Virus record (IMG/VR): IMGVR_UViG_3300028115_001312
Coordinates: 55,430-75,429 of that record
From: an uncultured virus (IMG/VR IMGVR_UViG_3300028115_001312)
Lineage: Duplodnaviria > Heunggongvirae > Uroviricota > Caudoviricetes
Direction: 5' to 3' (one strand)
DNA length: 20,000 bases
Below, in pieces: positions 15,975 through 20,000 of this stretch. A program made the position numbers and the translations under genes. The notes under the pieces were generated by a model. The model was not told the origin of the DNA. It saw only the letters and a program-made list of their open reading frames with translations, and did not search any database. The number at the start of each line of letters is the position of its first letter. Position 1 is the first letter of the stretch.

Positions 15975-16207
15975 CTTAAATAGTCCTCTACACATGCATA
16001 TGATATACCAGGAGGAGAAACAGCTTTACGATTAAGTCCTTCCAGCATACATTCTTCATAACTTTTAAAGTAGTCTAATCCTTTTCCTTCAACATCTCCG
16101 CTAACATCTATACTGACTACTACTAATATATATCCTAAAATTAGAATAATTAATCTCCAAAATAATCCTGTTGCACACCTTCTCGGTAAAGATCTAGTGT
16201 AATACAA
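15971..16207 (-). CDS. Small secreted/membrane protein; true start uncertain, probably near 16150
   Basis: Hydrophobic ILILGYILVVVSI followed by a Cys pair (EEC...YAC), with an ATGA overlap to the glutaredoxin gene. Confidence 0.5.
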   Translation of the reverse strand: MYYTRSLPRRCATGLFWRLIILILGYILVVVSIDVSGDVEGKGLDYFKSYEECMLEGLNRKAVSPPGISYACVEDYLR

Positions 16208-17301
16208 TGTAAACCACCGTCCCAGAAATACCTATGACGCCATGGAACATAAACTGGTTCTACATTGTGTTTTTTTAAAAAACTATTTACCTGTTCGTTA
16301 TTTGGATTTGATACACAACAATGATGTTCGTCTAGCATCAATACGTTAACATCAAATACTGTTTCTTCTACGTAACCTATCCAATCTTGTAACCATGTTT
16401 CTACAAAATGAGTAAACTCATCATTATCTTCCTCACCAGCAAGCCACCACTTTCCTGAATTCTTTTCTTTCAATTTAAGAAATTCATGTACCCTAGTCCA
16501 ACTCTGATCCGGAAGATAACAAACGTCCCATCCTGGAAACGTTTCAGAATATGTTTGTACGTCTGTTAAACTTAATATTGCACCAGGTTTAATTGGGTGA
16601 AAATTTCCGTCGGAATGTCCATCCATAGGTGCTCTTATAATTTCAAATTTATCAAATATAGGATGTAAATTTCTTAGTCCAAAGTCAGTTAAATCCTTTG
16701 GTAACTCATTATCCATATGAAGTGTTGATCCAATATATAATCTTTTTCCTATCATAAAACAATTTGCACTAGATAACATAGTGTAACTAAAATTTAACAA
16801 CTCTTGCCAAACAAAATCATTGAAAAAATTTTTGTTAGTACTATTTTTCTTATAATCTTCCCAACTTGGATAATCACTTCCTGCTATTATATTATAACTG
16901 TTCTCTGTAAATATTAAAGGATATTCTATTCGTTGTTGAAATGTATCTACTCCGCCATACTCCTGCAGTTTAATAGGAATCTGTTGGTGATCATTATTAT
17001 ATGCAAAGCAACTATTACCTAAAACCAATTGGTCGTCTCTTGGTTGGAGTGGTCCACGTGGATAGGTTTGAGGATCATCTAAAAAACGTTGTTTAGGATC
17101 CATATCTGGTTGTATAACCTTTACTCCAAAATCCTGTAATATTTCTTTATACCCGTTTAAGTCTTCTAATGTCTCTTCACATATACGTTTTAATGGATCA
17201 CCAGCCTTATCAGGTATTCCATTAAAGAATTCAGGTGCATAGTTATTGCCTAACATACACACTCGAAGTGGATCCCATTTATTCCATATATTATATTTCA
17301 T
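16150..17301 (-). CDS. Amidinotransferase-family (pentein) protein, paralog 2 (start revised to MKYNIW)
   Basis: WDPL..CMLG, QPRD, GHSDG, FDVNVL, RHRYFWDGGLHCITLDLYR with the catalytic Cys. Confidence 0.88.
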   Translation of the reverse strand: MKYNIWNKWDPLRVCMLGNNYAPEFFNGIPDKAGDPLKRICEETLEDLNGYKEILQDFGVKVIQPDMDPKQRFLDDPQTYPRGPLQPRDDQLVLGNSCFAYNNDHQQIPIKLQEYGGVDTFQQRIEYPLIFTENSYNIIAGSDYPSWEDYKKNSTNKNFFNDFVWQELLNFSYTMLSSANCFMIGKRLYIGSTLHMDNELPKDLTDFGLRNLHPIFDKFEIIRAPMDGHSDGNFHPIKPGAILSLTDVQTYSETFPGWDVCYLPDQSWTRVHEFLKLKEKNSGKWWLAGEEDNDEFTHFVETWLQDWIGYVEETVFDVNVLMLDEHHCCVSNPNNEQVNSFLKKHNVEPVYVPWRHRYFWDGGLHCITLDLYREGVQQDYFGD

Positions 17302-18466
17302 TGAAGTAACTCTGTTGTACACCTTCTCTATATAAGTCTAGAGTAATACAATGTAAACCGCCATCCCAGAAATACCTATGACGCCACGGAACATACACCG
17401 GCTCTACTTTATGTTTTTTTAAAAATGCGTTTACTTGTTCGTTATGTGGATTTGCTACGCAGCAATGATGTTCGTCTAACATTAACACATTTACGTCAAA
17501 TACAGTTTCTTCTACATAGCCTACCCAGTCCTGTAACCAAGTTTCTACAAAGTTTGTAAACTCGTCATTGTCTTCTTCTCCTGCCAGCCACCATTTGCCT
17601 TGATTTTTATTTTTTATTTCTAAAAATGGTTTTACTTTTCTCCAACTTTGGTCAGGTAGATAACATACGTCCCAACCTGGGAATGTCCTAGAGTATTTTT
17701 GTACATCTCGTAAACTTAATATTGCTCCTGGTTTAATAGGATGAAAGTTACCGTCAGTGTGTCCGTCCATAGGAGAAAAATCTATATTAAATTTATCAAA
17801 TCCAGGCAACCCTGCATAATGTTGTTCAGAATACTTATTTTTATGGTATTCAACATTAGACGTATCTACTTCATCTTTTTCCAAACCTATATATAATCTT
17901 TTCCCTATCATAAAAGTTGTAGCACTGCTAAAACCGTGAAGACCATCTGAATAATGTAATAACTCTTCCCAAACAAAATCTGAAAAATAATCTTTATTGT
18001 TTATATTTTCTATATACTGTTCATAGGTAGGAAAATCTGCACCTTTTATAAAATTATAACTATCTTTATCTTTATAAAAAGGAATACTTCTTTTAATATC
18101 AGAAGAATAGGACACAGGCCCGTATTCCTTTAACTTATCTATAATTGCTGGATGATCACCTTCGTTTACAAAACATGTGTTTGCTAAAACTAATTGGAAA
18201 TCTCTTGGTTGGAGAGGCCCACGTGGATATCTACTAGGATTATCTATAAAACGTTCAGACCTATCCATATCAGGTTGTATAACTTTGACACCAAAGTCTT
18301 GAAGTATCTGTTTAAAACCTTGTAAATCTTCAAGTGTTTCTTCACAGATACGTTTTAATGGATCGCCTGCTTTGTCCGGTATTCCGTTAAAAAACTCTGG
18401 CGCATAGTTATTACCAAGCATACAAACCTTAAGTGGATCCCATTTATTCCATATGTTATACTTCAT
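17291..18466 (-). CDS. Amidinotransferase-family (pentein) protein, paralog 1
   Basis: Same motifs: WDPLK, QPRD, GHTDG, GGLHCITLD. Confidence 0.88.
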   Translation of the reverse strand: MKYNIWNKWDPLKVCMLGNNYAPEFFNGIPDKAGDPLKRICEETLEDLQGFKQILQDFGVKVIQPDMDRSERFIDNPSRYPRGPLQPRDFQLVLANTCFVNEGDHPAIIDKLKEYGPVSYSSDIKRSIPFYKDKDSYNFIKGADFPTYEQYIENINNKDYFSDFVWEELLHYSDGLHGFSSATTFMIGKRLYIGLEKDEVDTSNVEYHKNKYSEQHYAGLPGFDKFNIDFSPMDGHTDGNFHPIKPGAILSLRDVQKYSRTFPGWDVCYLPDQSWRKVKPFLEIKNKNQGKWWLAGEEDNDEFTNFVETWLQDWVGYVEETVFDVNVLMLDEHHCCVANPHNEQVNAFLKKHKVEPVYVPWRHRYFWDGGLHCITLDLYREGVQQSYFNEI

Positions 18467-18776
18467 CTGGATAATCCCTATACAAGAAATGATCTAAACT
18501 ATCTGCATCAACTAGTTTACTAAACCCAATGTGTGTATGCATAGTATCTTTCTTATGCAATACGTGATTCATTGCATCATCTAAATCCTGCATAGATTTA
18601 AACTCCATATCAATACGCCACTCGCCTAAGTCCTTACTTCTAAATCCTAGTTTCATTCTTGTAATTCTAAAACTATGTAGTGTAGGAAGTGTAGCAAAGT
18701 ATTCTGTAATACGTTCTACAAATTCGTTAGCCTTAACACCTTCTGCTAATTCTGCATATATTGTATAAATGTTCAT
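18456..18776 (-). CDS. Small dimeric alpha-beta barrel-like protein (resembles DUF6614, from recall)
   Basis: RITRMKLGFR..LGEWRIDMEF...DLDDAM...LYRDYPD pattern; overlaps both neighbours. Confidence 0.55.
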   Translation of the reverse strand: MNIYTIYAELAEGVKANEFVERITEYFATLPTLHSFRITRMKLGFRSKDLGEWRIDMEFKSMQDLDDAMNHVLHKKDTMHTHIGFSKLVDADSLDHFLYRDYPDEV

Positions 18777-19456
18777 TTATATAAAAATCCTAATCTATAA
18801 TTTTCTATTTTATCTATTGCTGTTTCAGGTCTATTTACAAATTTATAACCTGCATCCTTATGACTTGAAATAAACTCTTCTGTGCTATCTTTCCAAACAG
18901 GAATAATAGTCTGTGCTTTATCTAACCCGTACCAATCACCTGCTAAGTTCCCCAGCCTTAAATGTACTTCTATTATTTTACTATCTTTAAACTCAATATT
19001 CAAGACTTTTACATCTTTTAATTTATCTAACATACTAGGTAATTCTATATTAGGCGGTTCTATTCTATCCCATCTAGTAAAATGTGTTAAGTCATCACTA
19101 TTATTATAACCTTGTGTGGCGTGTATGGGTTTCCAACCATTTTTCCATATATAATCTACACTGTAGTGTGGCCCATCAAACCATTCAATCCAAAAACTAC
19201 CAGGATGTTGTTGATTCATTAATTCTCTATCATCAGTATCAAGCCAAACTTTACTTGCACCTAAACCCATACCATATAAATTATATATAGGTCTAATACA
19301 ATAGTAACCAGCCAGACTAGGTAAAGTAGGACAAGGACCTGCACGATAATCTAAATCTAATGCAAGTTGTAGTTTATTAAATATCCATCTATGTTGTGGA
19401 TACTTGTTCCAAAGTTCCCAGTCCTCTATTTCGTGGTCCAAATTCGTTAAATCCAT
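18773..19456 (-). CDS. ATP-grasp-like phage protein (start uncertain; track start 19486)
   Basis: NKL..A..L.Y.AGP, YCIRPIYNLYGMGLGA, FWIEWFDGPHYSVDY and LNIEF...KIIEVHLR follow the ATP-grasp motif order. Confidence 0.6.
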   Translation of the reverse strand: MDLTNLDHEIEDWELWNKYPQHRWIFNKLQLALDLDYRAGPCPTLPSLAGYYCIRPIYNLYGMGLGASKVWLDTDDRELMNQQHPGSFWIEWFDGPHYSVDYIWKNGWKPIHATQGYNNSDDLTHFTRWDRIEPPNIELPSMLDKLKDVKVLNIEFKDSKIIEVHLRLGNLAGDWYGLDKAQTIIPVWKDSTEEFISSHKDAGYKFVNRPETAIDKIENYRLGFLYK

Positions 19457-19868
19457 CGATACTTCTTTTATAATTTTGTGCTTCACCTAATATAATTATT
19501 TTATAACCCTGTTGTTTATAGATTGCACATTCTGTTTTCATACTTTCTATTCCTAATTTAAGTTTAGGATTTTTGTAGTCCCAGGCAAATTGTAATGCTT
19601 CTACTGTATGTTTATTAATCTTATACATCATACTCCAGGCTACTAATCTATTTTGATCATAGTAACCTATAATATCATTTTGTTTTGCAGTAAATTCTTC
19701 TGGATAAATTGGCCATACACTTTTAAACTTTTTATAATCTGCATACTCTTGATAAATTTCTAACATTCGTTCTACAGGAACTTTTTCATAATCTTTAAAA
19801 AGTTTATAGTCTGTAACTGATGCTTTGTAATTTGTTTCAGACAAATCTATATAACAATATTTTGTCAT
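19389..19868 (-). CDS. GNAT-fold protein resembling the C-terminal domain of aminoacyl-tRNA-protein transferases (ATE1/Bpt)
   Basis: IY.EY..., GYY...RLVAW, FAWDY....LKLG.....E......GY..IILG.....YK parallels the ATE_C pattern. Confidence 0.6.
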   Translation of the reverse strand: MTKYCYIDLSETNYKASVTDYKLFKDYEKVPVERMLEIYQEYADYKKFKSVWPIYPEEFTAKQNDIIGYYDQNRLVAWSMMYKINKHTVEALQFAWDYKNPKLKLGIESMKTECAIYKQQGYKIIILGEAQNYKRSIDGFNEFGPRNRGLGTLEQVSTT

Positions 19869-20000
19869 CTACTATGAACTTCTTTACGATATTGTTCAGT
19901 CCAATTTTTATAGTACCCTTTTTCCTCTAAATCAGTACGTGCTTGGGCTAACTTATTGCGAGCTTGAACTAACAACAAACACTGTTCACCAAAGTTCAAA
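19865..20000 (-). CDS. C-terminal part of an upstream hypothetical protein (...LLLVQARNKLAQARTDLEEKGYYKNWTEQYRKEVHSR)
   Basis: Read manually. Open from the window edge, with its TGA overlapping the next ATG (ATGA). Confidence 0.7.
   Translation of the reverse strand, partial: LNFGEQCLLLVQARNKLAQARTDLEEKGYYKNWTEQYRKEVHSR

Noticed and set aside
16150..18466. Amidinotransferase duplication as an assembly artefact or DGR template/variable repeat
   Set aside because: The copies differ by many synonymous changes and have a divergent middle. Differences are not adenine-specific and both ORFs are intact.
2311..19290. Other short plus-strand ORFs (2311, 4560, 10808, 11595, 11603, 12111, 18882, 19084)
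   Set aside because: All lie wholly or almost wholly antisense to well-supported genes and have no motifs.
1..20000. CRISPR array, tRNA/rRNA genes, transposase/integrase, alternative genetic code
   Set aside because: No spaced repeats, cloverleafs or mobile-element motifs were seen, and genes are full length and tightly packed in the standard code with TAA, TAG and TGA all used as stops.

Overview
AT-rich, gene-dense, almost entirely minus-strand segment of a large lytic tailed phage, probably T4-like/jumbo and aquatic (inferred from gene content). It carries a PAAR spike tip, a SleB-type cell-wall hydrolase, putative virion proteins, repeated TAAATA late-promoter motifs and sigma70-like promoters. 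Host-like accessory genes include guaC, clpS, hsp20, ribosomal protein bS21, glutaredoxin, a radical SAM enzyme, a 2OG-Fe(II) oxygenase and a thermonuclease. The most notable signals are missing from, or unexplained by, the ORF track: (1) an A_AAA_AAA slippery site plus an H-type pseudoknot that would fuse the 587-aa membrane coiled-coil protein to a -1 frame C-terminal domain; (2) an N-terminal domain that aligns ungapped with eukaryotic ubiquitin; (3) an unannotated 41-aa ArfA-like ribosome-rescue gene; (4) a coupled operon of an ATE/Bpt-like transferase, an ATP-grasp-like protein, a small barrel protein and two paralogous amidinotransferases; (5) structured RNA leaders, including a ROSE-like thermometer on hsp20, and many apparently leaderless genes. 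All family assignments come from motif recognition by eye, not database searches.
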